A model generated the notes under the pieces. It did not search any database and had not been told where the DNA came from. It was given only the letters and a program-made list of their open reading frames with translations. The position numbers and the translations under genes were made by a program. This document shows, one piece after another, positions 35,771 through 49,899 of a stretch of DNA of 64,000 nucleotides. Each line of letters starts with the position of its first letter. Position 1 is the stretch's first letter. Source of the stretch: Camelus ferus (lineage: Eukaryota); NCBI RefSeq assembly GCF_009834535.1, contig NC_045697.1, forward strand, positions 40,364,001-40,428,000. Direction: 5' to 3'.

Positions 35771-38700
35771 ATGGGAAAGGGAATCTATAATGATTTCTGG
35801 AGGGCTGTCTTGTCTATATCAGCCACAATTAAGGAAGGAATAAACAATACTCTTTTCTACATATGGACAGACTGAGAGATCATTTTAATCTCACTTTTTA
35901 TTTAATAATTTCCTTTAACCATCTTTGTGTTTTCAGATAGAAACAAATTTTTAGTTACCAAAGAGAAGATTTCATGCTATTACTTGATTATTCAATTGTT
36001 TTGTTAAAAACCTGTTTCCTGAAGGTTTACTTTGTGATGTTAAAATGCCTAATGTTTTTAACCAGATCAGCACATTCTTTAGTGAAGAACTGAGAAACGT
36101 GTTCTCAGAAATCATTTCAGAAGTTGCACAATTGACAAATATAGTCTTTTAGTTACTAGCTGGGGTTGTATTTTTGGTGTTCCTTAGGTTTCCCATAGCC
36201 TTGGACCTTCTGCAATGATCTGCAATAATAACAGTTTGTGATTCCACAAAAAACAAATCACTGCCAGTCTTTAGTTGTGGTCTTGTTGTAATTTTGTAGG
36301 ATATGGCTCATTCTATTGCATCAACCGTAAAGGTTACAACAGCCATTGGACATCTGAGGCCAGCTGGTCACTTAGTGGACATTTATTGGGATTTACTTTA
36401 GCATTTTTTAGTTGAATGTGTTCAGTGTGGATTCTTAGGGATACCTCTGGCCCAGTGCATTCCAAGCAAGTTTATCCCTTTTGGAAGAATGATGTATGTA
36501 TGTGTCATTTTCTTGCAGCTGAGTTTTTCCTCTTATCTGAGCTTTGATCTAGATCCTCGGTTCTAAAAATGTCTAGGGTTTTAGGGTTTTTTCTGTCTTC
36601 CTTTGGTATTTTCTAGTTAATTCATTGCTTTTTTCTATTTCCAAGTAACTCTGTATTGCTGTCATAGTACTGCACATATAGAAAGAACTTACTGAATACA
36701 GGGTACCTGACTGAAATACCGATTTTCTTGTATGTAACCTTTGTTACTGAGGATGAATTCTTCCTGCTATACCAAAATTTGAGCTAGACACATTAAATTC
36801 TTTCCTCCTCTTAACTTTATGCACTTCCCTGAGAATAAAATATAAATTATTTAGATTCAAAATTTTAATGCATAAGAAATGCATTTCTTAGCAAGACTTT
36901 AAAACCCAAGATGGTTATTTATACCTTATATTCTCCAGTCACAGCCATGCTCTGAGGCAAAGGATAAGATGACATGTCTCTTCTCAATTTTTAAAATCTG
37001 AAAAAATTTAAAACAATTTATAATAAAGTCAGGTGGAAAAAAGTGATGACAAGTTAAATAATAGGCCAAGTCAGAAATAAAATAAATCAGATTAAGCAAG
37101 AAATTTAACTATTCTGGAAAACATGATCTTTTGTCACTGTCATTACCATCGCCATCAAAAAATGTTGAACTGCCTGTTTTCCCCTGATGTCTGACAAAGT
37201 CTCTCTTTTGGAACAATAATCTCTATATACAAAAATGTGGAGGTTTTGACCTTTTTAGATAGAAATATCTAAAAACCTAGAAAGAGTTATTCTTTGGTAG
37301 AAATGTAAAATTAAATAACAGCCAAAATAAGCCAGATTCAGTATTCCCAATAGGAAAAGGAAAATAGGACAATTATAGCCCATTAGAATTCAAGTTTTGT
37401 GAGCCAATTCAACAAGGTTAGAAAATCTTTTAAAACACATGAACTTCTTATTATTCTTTAACTCTGTTGAGCTGGCATCAGGAGATGCTGCCCTCCCCTT
37501 GGTCTTGTGGCTTTATGTCCAGGGTGGGGGTCAAGGGATTTGCCTACAATTTCTGGCTGATTCAAAACCAGAGCCAGGTCCTCCTTGTAATTATGTTTTC
37601 CTGTAATAGCTCAAGAGCGCCTGCTCCATATTCAAGTTCATACTTTAAGGTAAATGGGCAGAGTCTTTGCTTCTGTTGATGTTACCGTGTCAAACAGTGA
37701 GAAGCCGCCACCCAGGAGAGAACAGATTTGGTGTTTGTGGTGGAAGGAGTGTTGGCCACCATGAGAGACAGAAGTTCCCTATAGATTTGGATATTTTAAA
37801 TTTGGTGGTAGATTCTATTTAGGACTAAACAGGGGCTTCACAAAAGAACAGGTTATTTGAGAGCAACCAAATCTAAAGAACTGCAAAGAATGGAGCACAG
37901 TGTATCAAATGAGGCATAGGATGGCTAAGGGACCACTTTCCAGCTCTGGGGCCCACAGAGAAGTTTCAAACATAGTACCAGTGATAGCTGGGGTAGGGGG
38001 ATGGGGGTGGGAGGTGTGAGCAAAGATAGTGGCAGAAAAAGACGGGTCTAAGAGAAACTGAACACTTCACTGCACCTAATCATAAGAAAGGCACAGAAAA
38101 TTCAGAACTTCATGAAGCTCTTCCATGACACTGGTGGGAGAAATTTGTTGCTTCATTTGTTTCCTAAAATAAAATTCGTATTTCAGGAGAGTTTGGTTAA
38201 TTCAATCTAGCCATTTGTCCCAAAATTTGAAGAGAGATTATAATTTTCTAAAACACATTCTTGTTAAGCAATAATATTCCGTACACCAAAAGTCTGTAGA
38301 CTTACTTGTCTTCCTAATGGCCGCAAAGGCACTCTTTGAAGTAGAAGATTGGTAGCCTCTTAATTTCAGTTTTTTCATAAGGTTCCAAATTGATATTTCT
38401 ATGAGTCAGTAGTAATAGAAGCCAGTTTTTCTCTTTGTACATCTGTGATGCTGCAAGCAATAGACTCTCCAAAGTTTCTTATCCATCCATCCAACCATCC
38501 ATTGTTTTCATCACCTACTATGTATTAGGAACAGTGCCAGATGAATGCTGGGGATACAAAGATTCCCAATAAAAAGGTAGAACGATATCTCAATAAAATT
38601 AAAACAAGAAATTTGTCCATAATTTCTTTGTGAAGAGGATGAAGGAAGCTCACTTGTGGCACAAGATGCTTAAGGAAACCATCAAACAATGCCTTTCATA

Positions 38701-39101
38701 GTATTTCTTCACTTGACATTTTTTTCTTTCTCAAAGAACAGATAGCAAACTTATCAAAACTAAATAAAATAAACACACTTCCAGGAAGCTTTTTTAAGAT
38801 TCCAGTATGGATGTTAAATGTGAATTTAGTAGAGATGAGAGATATTTTTTTCATTGTTTTAGCCCTGTGAAAAATACTTCCACCAACTCCAAAACACATG
38901 AATTGGTTTCATTTCCAGAGGATTGGAAATCAATTTTCCTGCCTCTTACTACAAGTTTTCTTCTCTTATCTTACCAGCACATTCACATTCACATTATTCT
39001 TTAGAACCATACCAAAGTTATAGGCTCTACAAGTAGAATTACATTTTTAACACTCACAGTAAGGAAAAAACTTGTGATCGCACTTGAAGCTTTCAGATGC
39101 C

Positions 39102-39102
<1 letters not shown>

Positions 39103-39144
<42 letters not shown>
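39103..39144 (+). repeat. Compound (TA)n(CA)n microsatellite
   Basis: Direct inspection. Confidence 0.95.
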
Positions 39145-39899
39145 GGAGAATAATAGTCACTGCAGCATCCACTGCATGGACAACTATGGTGCTTTTTTAA
39201 ATTAAACTCTGTGGACCATCTAACTCAGAAGAGTACTTTTTCTTATTGTTTTCCCTCTGAATTGTACCATGCTTTGGCCAATGGTTCTGTGGTTGTGTCC
39301 GTATGAGGCAGGGTTGATGCAGTAAATTAAACATGCTCAGTTGCACTTAGCATGGGTTCAAAGCTATTAGGGCTTAAAGTACTATTAGAATATAGAGCAA
39401 CCTTGAGGCTTTAACAAACTTTTTTTTTTCCTTTTAGTTAAGCTATAAATGCATATAGTAAACTACATAGGTCTTTTTTTTTTCTTGCAAAGACTGTTTC
39501 TTTCTTTATTTTTACACATGCCCAGAGTCTGCACTTAGTTTCATTTTGCAAAGGAGGCAAGTGTCAAGAAGGGTGAAATGTAGAAAAGAGCTAGAAGGCA
39601 AACATTAGAAGCAAATAATTCTATTTTTTTACAAATACAGTGAGGAACCATGCAATGCTGCCAACATTGGATGCATCTTGGACCACAAGTCTGCACATCC
39701 CTTTGCAACGGGTCCTGTGATGGTGGAATCTTTCATCTTGCATTTATTGTTTACTATGCCCCCTGCATAGTGTTTCAAAATAAAGAAACACATCATTCTC
39801 TGGTATGACTTGCATTGTCAAATTACCACTGCTGGGTGTACCTTCTTTCTGAGCTCTGATATGCCTTTCTTTTCTTTCTTTTCTTTTCTTTTTTTTTAA

Positions 39900-40690
39900 C
39901 ATATATATCTCATTTAATCCTCTTAACAATCCTCAGAAACAGACTCTTTTAGTCCTCGTTTTACAAATTAAACAACTAATGAACAGAGATGTTAAGGAAT
40001 TTACCCAAGGCCGCACAGTTGGATCGTGGCTGATGGGAACCTAGTCCCACTCTTTATTTTTTTTAATTAATTAATTAATTTTTATTTATTTCTTTTTTTA
40101 TTGTGTTATAGTCAGTTTACAATGTTGTGTCAATTTCTGGTGTAGAGCACAATTTTTCATTCATACATGAATATATGTATATTCATTTTCACATTCTTTT
40201 TCACCATGGGCTACCACAAGATCTTGTATATATTTCCCTGTGCTTGGTTTGCCTTTCTTGACTGTGGCCATCACCACTTTTTGTACCCAAATCAACACAT
40301 AGGGTATTTCCAGTACTCTAAATATCCCTTCATCTTCTTTTCTAGTCTATTCCTTCTGTCTTCCAGAGGCAACCACTATTCTGATTTTTATCCCATAGAT
40401 TAATTTTGCCATCTCTTGAACTTTATAGAAACAGAATTGTACAGTAAGTCTTCTTTTGTGTCTGACTTCTTTCATTGAGTATAATACTTTCTATACCCAT
40501 CCATTTTGATCAAGTAACAGTAGTTCATTGTTCCTCTTGATGTGTGGTATTCCATTGTATAAATATACCATGATTTGATTATTCATACTCTTGTTGATGG
40601 ACACTTGATTTGTTTCTAATTTTTTTCGGTCATGACAAAAGCTACAGTAAACATTGGTGTACCCATCTTTTTGTGGATTTTAATTTTCAC
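39900..40690 (-). mobile_element. MIR, camelid L1 3' end (about 40055-40245) and older L1M fragment
   Basis: CTCATTTAATCCTC MIR; L1 tail nearly identical to 6590-6760; GGCAACCACTATTCTGATTTT...TATTCCATTGTATAAATATACC L1M. Confidence 0.7.
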
Positions 40691-41389
40691 TTTATGTTAT
40701 AATGAAGTCAGAGCATCGATACTTAAACTTTAATTAAGTGGCTACCTTGAGTAAAATCAGAGTATAAAGGAGATGGACCAGGGCCAGTGCAATGCATTTA
40801 ATAGGGTCTGTAACCAGGGGGAACACTGAGCACACCAAGGGTTTAACCCTTTTCTGCTCTCACATCAGCTCAGAGCACTTCAGCTCAGCTGCGCTGGAAG
40901 CTGTCATGGGAGTAAGTAGACATCAGTTAGAGTTAGACTGTGAAAAGACATACTTCGAGACACACATATTTGGGTTAAATTCTGTCCCAGTAACTTAAGA
41001 CAAATTAATTGACCACTCTGAGCCTCAGTCATTCTATAAGATAAAATAATTCCCAGTGTGATAGATATAAAAATTAAACAGGATGTGCTAGTTAAAATCA
41101 TACAAAATTTAATTTGTATAAAATATAATCAGAGATAGCATAATTTATGTATCATAATGAGACAAAATATATTGAGGTTGTAATTTGAGTACTAGCTCAT
41201 ATCCTATAGATAGTGGGGTGATTTAAATTTTAAAAAATTGTGTTGGATGTTAACTAGACTTACTGTGATGATCATTTCAAAATACGTATTAATATCAAAT
41301 CATAATGTTGTACATCTGAAACTAATATAATGTTGTATGCCAATTATACCTTAATGAAAAAAGAAAAAAATTTTTTGTTTTGTTTTAAG

Positions 41390-42600
41390 TAGGTGATTCT
41401 GTGGTTGAACTTACGTAAGGCAAATTGATCCAATAAATTACACATACTCTGGTGGATAAACTCTTAACATTAGCGGCTTAATAAATAAAATCCCATTTCA
41501 TGATCCTTCCCTTAAATTTTGCACAATGTTCAATGTTGATGTTCTCTATTACTAAAATTGACTGAAAAGGGACATGTGTTAATGAAACGAGATTTTACGT
41601 ATTTTATGGTTGAAAATGTTTTTTCACACAGATAGACCCAGCCAAATGCTGATATAAGCCCATTAGCATGTGATTTTAGTTGAGTATATTCATTACTTGG
41701 AAGGCATTTATAGAATTCTGTTAGATTTGTCTCTTGATATTGGCCTTTTATCCTGTCATTCCATTGCCGATTAATCACCTTCAATTGAAGTTAAATGGAA
41801 GCTTCTCAATTTCATTAGTTAAATGAATTTTTTGTGGTTGTTAAATAAATTTTGAAATATAAGTATTTCCTTTATACTTCCATCGAGGCCCAAAAATGCT
41901 ACTGGAACTACAGTTTGAGTTCGAAAACATACCTGCTGTAAATTTTTGTGAGAATGGAGATCTCACTTCTTGTTTGAACATTTGACAGCCTGGGAAATGT
42001 ATAAAGCATTGCAGGTGTAACCAATAATTATTGGTCCCTATCGTAGTGATCATTTCATAATGTAGGCAAATGTCAAGTCACTGTGTAATGCACCTGAAAC
42101 CAACATAACATTGTACGTTAACTGTATTTCAATTTTAAAAAATAACTGCTGTCCCTAATAACTTACATTTTCATTTTCTTAGGTGGCCAATTCTTACTGA
42201 TAATTGGAATCTTGTATTGAATGTAGAAAAATACAATATTAATCTCAAATTAACTTTTATATTTCATTATTTTTATCTACAACACAATTTACTGAATGAC
42301 TCTATAAAACATTTTTTCTCATTTATTATTTATCATAATATCTCTATATTATGTTCTGTAGCCTTGCAGAATACATTACTTTTTCTCTTGTTTTCCTGAT
42401 TCCAGGACTTTTCTTTTCAGTCTCCATTAACTCCTGGTTTGAGCTTTTCTATTAAGGATTTTGGAAATCAGATTGGACTAGAGAGCATTAGTGTTGTCAT
42501 TCAAAATATTGTGTCACTAATGTTTATTATATTATTGCTTTAAAATAATGCTGTAAGAGCAAATTTCAAATTTAGAAATTACTGGCATAACCATTCATAC
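41390..42600 (-). mobile_element. Degenerate hAT-Charlie transposase remnant, interrupted by an L1 tip at about 42040-42145
   Basis: ORF 41530-41784 contains FYKCLPSNEYTQLK...ISAFGWVYLCEKTFSTIKYVKS, resembling the hAT C-terminal dimerisation region (FGSTYxCExxFSxMKxxKS); the flanking frames are broken. Confidence 0.7.
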
Positions 42601-44503
42601 ATCTTTCATTAGAATTAAAACTCATTTTATGTTCTCTTAGCCTCAGTTTCCCTATTTTTAATATGAGGATCATGATACTTATTTTAAAGTTCTTATGAGC
42701 AATAAGATGGTGCGTATGGAGTGTCTGCTATTGTGAGTCTTCAATATATTTCACTTCTTAGATCTTATATTACTGAAACGTAACAGTAAACATTCCTTTT
42801 AGTATTTTTGCATACATATATTCCTTTATCTTAAAATATCTCAAAATATTTGCTGTTCGTATGTCATTTCACTTTCATCATGCTCAAGGGAAATGTAACA
42901 GTATAGTTTTCTGAATGGCATGTGTGTGAATTTAAAGTATCCTTTAGATGTATGTGTGTGTGTGTATTTAAACATAACATGTTGTGTATATATTTAAAAT
43001 AGTCTTTCCTCTACTGTTTTATTATATCTATAAATATGTTGCCTTTTCACTAATTAGACATTTTAGTGAGAAAACTAGGGAGGAAAATGAAAAACAAAAT
43101 CAGCTACCATCTCTTGAGGCATATCATTCACAGACCATAGAAAAAGAACAAAACAGTTTATGGACCACTGTAGCCTGAAACCAACCATTAGCAAACCAGT
43201 GCTTTCAAATGCAAAGGCCACAGGGAACCCACCACCATCTGCCGTTTCCAAGCATCTCAAGAGCAACACCCCATGCAGCAGTGTTTTCTTTGGTGGCATC
43301 TTGTTAACTCATGAACCACAAAGTTTCATGCTTAAAATGTGGTTGAACTTTTAGGCAGAAACCTGTAAATGACTAGCTTAATGTCTTAAAACCATGTATT
43401 TAGCCAAATAAAGGTGCAGCCCCATGATGTTTCTCTTAAAACAAAGTTGATGCCCAAAACTTTGAAGAGCAAAGGGTTGGATTGCTTTGAGGCATTTGTT
43501 GAATGTATGTAGAGGCTTCTTTCCTCTTATTTGAGCCCCCAAATATTTTCATAGCTTGGTGAAATGGGCGTCACCTTTCATATTTGCCACGTTTGAATGT
43601 GAAGACTGCAGTGGTGGTTTTAATAACTCAGGAGTATTCACCACGTTTCCACCCTAGAGCTATTCTAAAGAGAAACCACAATCCCAGAAATAAGCAAGGC
43701 AAACAAAACAAAAAACGCATGTGATGTCCTTTAGATTGCAGGTAGTAAGGTTACTGGTAAAACAATGTTTGGCTCTGCAAATATATTTCCCCCTGCCTGT
43801 AAGATGTAAATATAATTAGATATTTCTGCTCGGCTTAATTTTGGTACCCTCCGAATGTGCATGGCTGGGCAGAGGGGCAAATGGGACGGGGAGCCCTGGA
43901 GACCTGGGAGAGCACGCCTGCTCGCCTCCTGTTCTGGCCTCAGGAGGGGCTCATTCTGTTGGCCTATTCTCACGTCTGCCTGTGAGTCTTGATGGAAGCA
44001 AGGCCAATGTGTCCTTCATTTGGGCTTCCCCCTTTCTCATGTCTTATCCTGAGTGTCCAAAGACTCTAGAGCTTCTAGCTATTGTCATCTTTCTGAAGAC
44101 AAGTAAAGAAGGAGTCCTTTATTCATCTGTTGACTCATTCAGCAAGTATCTAGAGGCCATCTACTCTGAATATGGTCGGACACTTCTAGGCTAGACATCC
44201 AAGGCCATAAAAAGAAATAAAGAAGACAAACTGGAGCTTGCAGTCTGGTGAGAAAATGCTAAATAGAAAATTTATATTATAATGCAAATGCATAAATTAG
44301 TTGAGAAAGTGATGGCCAGTGAAAACCCTATTGTCCAGCAGCGTGAACTTGGGCATAGACAGTGTGGCAGGTGCAGAAACTTAAGTGTCTGGAAGGGTGG
44401 GCCCATAGTTTGTGAAGCATTATTTGTTTTCAAAGAACAAATTCTCTCAAGCTACCTCAAAAACAAGGGGAGCTGTAGAGTAACACAGCAAGACTGGAAT
44501 GTC

Positions 44504-44700
44504 AATATAAAATAGATAAACAACAAGGTCCCACTGCAGAGCACAGGGAACTATATTCAATACCTTGTAAAGGCCTATAATGAAAAAGAATATGAAAAGG
44601 AATATATATATTCAGTTATATATATCACTGAATTACTATGCTGTACACCAGAAATTAACACAACATGGTAAATCGACTATACTTCAATTAAAAAAAAAAA
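44504..44700 (+). mobile_element. 5'-truncated L1 3' end with poly(A) and TSD
   Basis: AAATAGATAAACAACAAGGTCC...GCACAGGGAACTATATTCAATA...TATACTTCAATT followed by an A tract; TSD ACTGGAATGTC at 44493-44503 and 44701-44711. Confidence 0.88.
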
Positions 44701-45919
44701 ACTGGAATGTCGGAGGCAGCCTCACTATCTCTCTGACTTGGTCTACATCTTTCTTTCCATGTGATCTCTCCTCTCTTGTCTGTTCTGCAAGATACTTGAT
44801 TTCAGTTCTTCCTTAACCTCAGGTTGGATGTACCTTGTTTGCCAAGAACTCAACTCCAACTCCAACATTGGAAATGTGTCTAACGGACGCAAGAGTTGTG
44901 ATGACATCAATCTATGATTTTTATGTTACTTTTCCAGAAGCACTCAAAACTCAGATGTAGGAGTGGAGAAGCCAGACAGTAAAATCGCATGTTGGATTGG
45001 CAGGACGTAGGATGAATGCGGTGAAAGCAAATGGAAGCGAGGATGTTACAAGTATGGAAAGAAAGAATTTTAACTAATGAAATCAAAATTATATGAGGAA
45101 GCTCAAATAGACAAAAATGTTAGGAAAAAGAGGAAAGTTCAAGGACCTGGATTGGAGTTGTTGGATCAATAAATGGCATTTAGTTTTCATTTGCAGTAGA
45201 TTTTCCATTATGATTAACTTACATGTTACTTTTTCTTGCTGAAAGAGTTACTGTGGTAAGTTGATGTGTAACAAAGGCTTTCAGGGAAATCATCTGTGTT
45301 TGAGACAACAGAGTAGAGTGGAAGTTAGGAAGTGTTACGATCGGTATTGTAGTGCTTGTGTCGTAGACAGATTTATTTTCAGTTACTGCAGTGGTGGGAG
45401 GGAACAACATCAAGTTGGCATGCAGGTGAGTACCACTGAAGGAACTACTCTGAGAGGAAACTATCCTTTTTCTTTGGCTATTGGTTTAAGAGTGGTGAGC
45501 TAAGGACTGAATTTTAACTTAGTGGGTGGAAAAGAGCTTGTAAATTGAATTGTGGCCTCTGGTCTGACACAAGAAATCTGAGGACCCTCTATAGCTTCAA
45601 GATGTCAATTCAGAGCATACATTTCTACAGCTGCTGTGGAGAGTTTATTCCCTGGTGTAGTATTCCAAATGGCTGTGACTCTTGAGTTAAGCTCAGAAAG
45701 AGCATTCAGAATATATTAGCCCGTAACATTCTTTATGCCTTTTTTAAAATTGAGGTGAAGTTTACTCTACATAAAGCTATTTGAAATTTTACAATTCAGT
45801 AGCATTTAGTGCATTCACAATATTGTGCAACCATCACCTCCATGTTGTTCTGAAACATTACAGCCCAGAAGGAAAGTCACACAATTAAGCACTTCATGAC
45901 TGTTTCATATTCACACTAT

Positions 45920-46512
45920 CGTTAGAGCAGGCAAATAACTAGATATGAGCAGAGAAAGGAGGACGCAGGCCACATGGCAGGAACCGGGCAAAAAGGAGGG
46001 GCAGGGGCCAAATGCAGGAAACCCTACATCGTGTAAGCAACAAGGGTCCCTGGGCAGAGAAAGAAAAGCAGGAACCTCTGGGCTGATAAGTGTTACACAT
46101 TTTGGGCTCTCCAGTGTCTGAATGTAACCTTTTGCTCATTATGCCCTCATTTCAATAAAATTAGCCTTGCAGATTAGAAGTACCCATCATGCACCGACAC
46201 CATGACACTTCCGATCCAGACTAAATAAGGACAAAAATCCCTCCTCCTTTTGGGAAGGTGGAGTTGGGATGAAAATCAGGTAATATGACCCCAAACCCTT
46301 CCATCTCCAATGAATATCCCCCCCCCATTCATTTTTACACCCTATGTAACCAACTTATCAAAGAAACGCAAGGCAGCTGCTCACCTGAGCCTGCCCGCTC
46401 TCCTCTTGAGAATGGACTGTCCATCCTTTAATAATTCCCCACTTTACTTAAATTCCCTTTCTCATCTCTGAATTCTTCCTGCAGCGAGACAAGAACTTAA
46501 TCACCAACAACA
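45920..46512 (+). mobile_element. ERV solo LTR (class I-like), about 593 bp
   Basis: Termini (C)GTTAG...CAACA, 4-bp TSD CTAT/CTAC, and a U5-like end CTGAATTCTTCCTGCAGCGAGACAAGAAC. Confidence 0.75.
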
Positions 46513-46719
46513 CTACTTCCACCTTCCTGGAGGTGCTCCCATCTCCCACCTATGTGTGGAAATTCAAACCAGCTTATGTTGGAACTAAAAAATCAGAAAA
46601 AGGAAAAAGGCAGAAGCAAGGCTGGAGCTGGGACTAGAAGCTGGGATTGTTCCCAGGTGGACTTAATGCCATGTTCTGCCTTCAGGCAGTAGGCTCTGTC
46701 ATCTTCTTTCTTTTTTTAA

Positions 46720-48130
46720 TTTTTACTTATTATACATGGGAATAATTTCACATGAATGCATAATGTGGTTATTTTAAGTACAGTCTCTCTCTTTTTGTTG
46801 TTGTTGTTGCATTTTTGCAACATGTTCCCCTTCCCTCATATTCATCACCTGCTCCTCCCTCACCCACACATCCCGTGCTCTCACATAACAACTTAGTATA
46901 TATATTCCAATTCCTCACCACACTTGTAGAATCCTATATTGTCGTGTATCTACTATACAATACATATAAATTTTTCTTATCATTTTTCTTTTACAAACAT
47001 TATTATAAAATGAGTCCCCTGTAACCACCCACCCTATGTATTTTACTCAACAATAAATAAAAACTATAATTCAGCTTTGAGCCTTCCTGGTCTTGCTGCC
47101 TTTTTCAATGGTGTATATTTAAATGCCCGTTTAACATCTCTCAGCTAATTGATAATTTTGAGTTTTATATTTATTCTTAGATAAGTGTGTAATTTATATT
47201 TAGCTAGTAAAGCAGTTGATTTTCTATAGATTTTCGATTTTGTCACTATAGACTTAATCTTTCCTGTATCTGTGGCTATAACTGATTTCTCTTTCTTAAT
47301 GTGGTTTATTTTTCTCCCCCTCACTCTTTCTAAATCATGCTCACCTGAGAATGGGTTAGCTGTCTCATTGGTCTTTTGGAAAAAACTGCACATGTACTTA
47401 TTTTTCCTTTCTAGTATTTTATTCTGTTTTATTATTTTCACTTTTTTATTTTTAAAATTCCACCTGCCTAATAACTTTGCATTATTTTGTGCTTCTTTTT
47501 CTAATTTTTTAACATGAGTACTTTGCTCCTTTTTTTTTTCTTTAGGTTTTTCTTCTTTAAAAAATGAAGTCAACCCCAGCTATAAATTTTCTTCCAAGTC
47601 CCCATCGGTTTTCAAAATAAGAGGATCCCTCTTCATTGTTCTCTTTACGTAATTTCTAGTTTGATTTCCTGTTTGGTCTAAGAATTTCCCAGAATCATGC
47701 TTCTTCATATTTATACAGTTAAGATTTTGGTGGGAGCTTCTTTCATTATTTATTTCTAATTTTTATTAGATTATGCTAATTGAATGTAAGCTATAAAATC
47801 CCTAAATCTTTAGGTTTTAATTTTTTTTGTGACTAAGCACACAGTTAATTTTTGTAAATGTTCCACAGAGAAGTACAAAATGTAAATCTCTGTTGGAAGG
47901 ATGCTCAGTTTTTCCATGTTTTTGTTTAAAGTTTTTGGCTATAGTAACCATCTTATTCCAGGAAAGTATATTAAATCTTTAACTATGATCATATTTTTAC
48001 CACATTTTCTTTGTTTTCTAATAGTTTGATTTAATATATTTAGTTCCTAAATTGCGTGGTATAATCATGCAATTCCTTAAATTGCGCCTTTTATCGTTAA
48101 TGAATCTCCCTCTTTATATGAGTTAATGTA
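46720..48130 (-). mobile_element. Old L1M fragments including an ORF2 remnant
   Basis: ORF 47145-47573 has degenerate L1 ORF2-like motifs (CSFFQKTNETANP, INHIKKEKSVIATDTGKIKSI). Confidence 0.65.
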
Positions 48131-48215
48131 TTGCGATTTTGAGGATCTACTCAGTAAATAGCATCCGTCTTCCTCACCTAAGCAGAGAAAACTTAAGAAA
48201 TAAAAGTTAATGGAC

Positions 48216-48380
48216 CGGGGCAGGGGGTGGTTAGTGAGGAGGGTATAGCTCAGTGGTAGAGTGCGGGCTTAGCATGCGTGAGGTCCTGGGTTCAATCCCC
48301 AGTACATCCATAAAATAAATAAATAAACCTAATCACCCCCCAATAAATAAATAAATAAGGAAAAAAAGGGAAATATTTTT
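48216..48380 (+). mobile_element. tRNA-derived camelid SINE with 15-bp TSD and a 5' extension
   Basis: GGAGGGTATAGCTCAGTGGTAGAGTGCGGGCTTAGCATGCGTGAGGTCCTGGGTTCAATCCCCAGTAC; perfect TSD TAAAAGTTAATGGAC at 48201-48215 and 48381-48395. Confidence 0.9.
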
Positions 48381-48403
48381 TAAAAGTTAATGGACAGTAT
48401 ACT

Positions 48404-48597
48404 CAGGACTGCCTTCATAATTTGAGGGCTCAGCACAAAATGAAAATATGAACCCCCTTGTTTAATAATCAGTAAAAATTTCAAGACAGGAAACAGCAGT
48501 GCATTAAACCAAGTCCAAGGACTTCTAAGCACAGGGACCCTCCAAGCACGGGGCCCTGTGTGACTGCGCAGGTGGCAAGCCCGTGAAGCCAGCCTTG
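48404..48597 (-). mobile_element. MER45A-like hAT-Tip100 MITE
   Basis: CAGGACTGCCTTCATAATTTG...CAAAATGAAAAT...TTTCAAGACAG...GCATTAAACCAAG...GGGCCCTGTGTGACTGCGCAGGT...TGAAGCCAGCCTTG. Confidence 0.8.
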
Positions 48598-49899
48598 GGG
48601 AGGTGGCAGTCGAAATATCAACTTGGTCACTAATGGAGCTGATGTAGGAGAATGTGTGAGAGTCAAGTGGGCCTGCCCACTCACGATTACTCTGCTGGGG
48701 ACTGACCAGTATCACATTTTATTATCAGTAGTCCAACTCTGTAAGTGTTCAGAAAGGTATTTACAAATCTCTTACTATATAAAGCTATGCTAAGTGATGA
48801 CATAGCACAGATCATGAAAGAAAGTTCTGAGTAATGTCACTGAGTCTCCTCTTGCCTACGTTTTTGCATATTTTACATTCTCTTAACTTTTGTAGAAAGA
48901 TTTGCTGCTGAGTCATGGATGCTAGATGTCCCAGGAGATCATCCGCCTTCCTTCTCCACACACTATGAATAGCACAAGCATCGGCCTCGTGTACGTATGG
49001 GGCAGCAAGCCAGCACGGGACTTCACCCTGCAGTAAGGAGGCCACCCCCAGTGGTGAGAAGGAGCTTGTCCTTCATGGCAATTTTATTCTTGGCTTTTCT
49101 TCTGAGAAGACGCAAGTGAAGGACACAATTAGTGTGTGTGGATACCCAACTTCTGGGACCAGTTCTGAGGTCAGTGCTCCAGCGGCCACCCGATGGTTTC
49201 TTTTTTTTTTGGTCTTTCTTGTCCTGGAGGAGTAAGAACTAAAAAAGTAAGGGTCATGACATGCTGGAAATATGGCATGTTACAAACAGAATTAAAATAC
49301 AGTTATGTGATACATCAGTTGCGCACATGCATTCCAATTCCTCACGTTGGACCAACTGCTCGTAGCAGTTATGCTCTGAATAGGTTCAGACACAGCCTTG
49401 AGATTGCAGAATCCAATCAGACATTCTAGTATTATTAAAAGTTGTATGTTCCAACAAGTCAGAGAAAAAGGAGAGAATTATAAATTCTGTTAATGGTTTT
49501 TAGCCAGTGGATAAGAAGACATTGGCATATCTTAAGAGCCAATGAATTACAAACTTCAATTATGTGTGTAGCTGCTGAATGAGGATTACAGGCTAACTTT
49601 GCTTGAAAATAGGCAATAAAATTATTCAAATCTGAGAGAATAGGTATGTACCCAAGCTTTCCTTTATGTTTGGAGTCATTGATGTAGAAACTACAAAATG
49701 GTTCACTGTGTCCCATAAATAAGGATCTGGTGGCATCCTGACTGATGCCTCTGGTACTTAAAAAATAGACAACAAATCAGCATGTTGAGAAATAAGCCTA
49801 ATAATATTTTCATAGGAAAAAAACTCCAAATTATTTAGAGTGGCATAATTGCTTTCTTAGTGAGTATGTATATTTTAAACTTGGAAAATTTAATAGTAA

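Noticed and set aside
36873..36890. Perfect 18-bp palindrome TAAGAAATGCATTTCTTA
   Set aside because: Isolated and AT-rich, with no supporting context.
41530..41784. hAT transposase-like ORF as a domesticated gene
   Set aside because: Only a short C-terminal piece; the flanking frames are broken and interrupted by L1.
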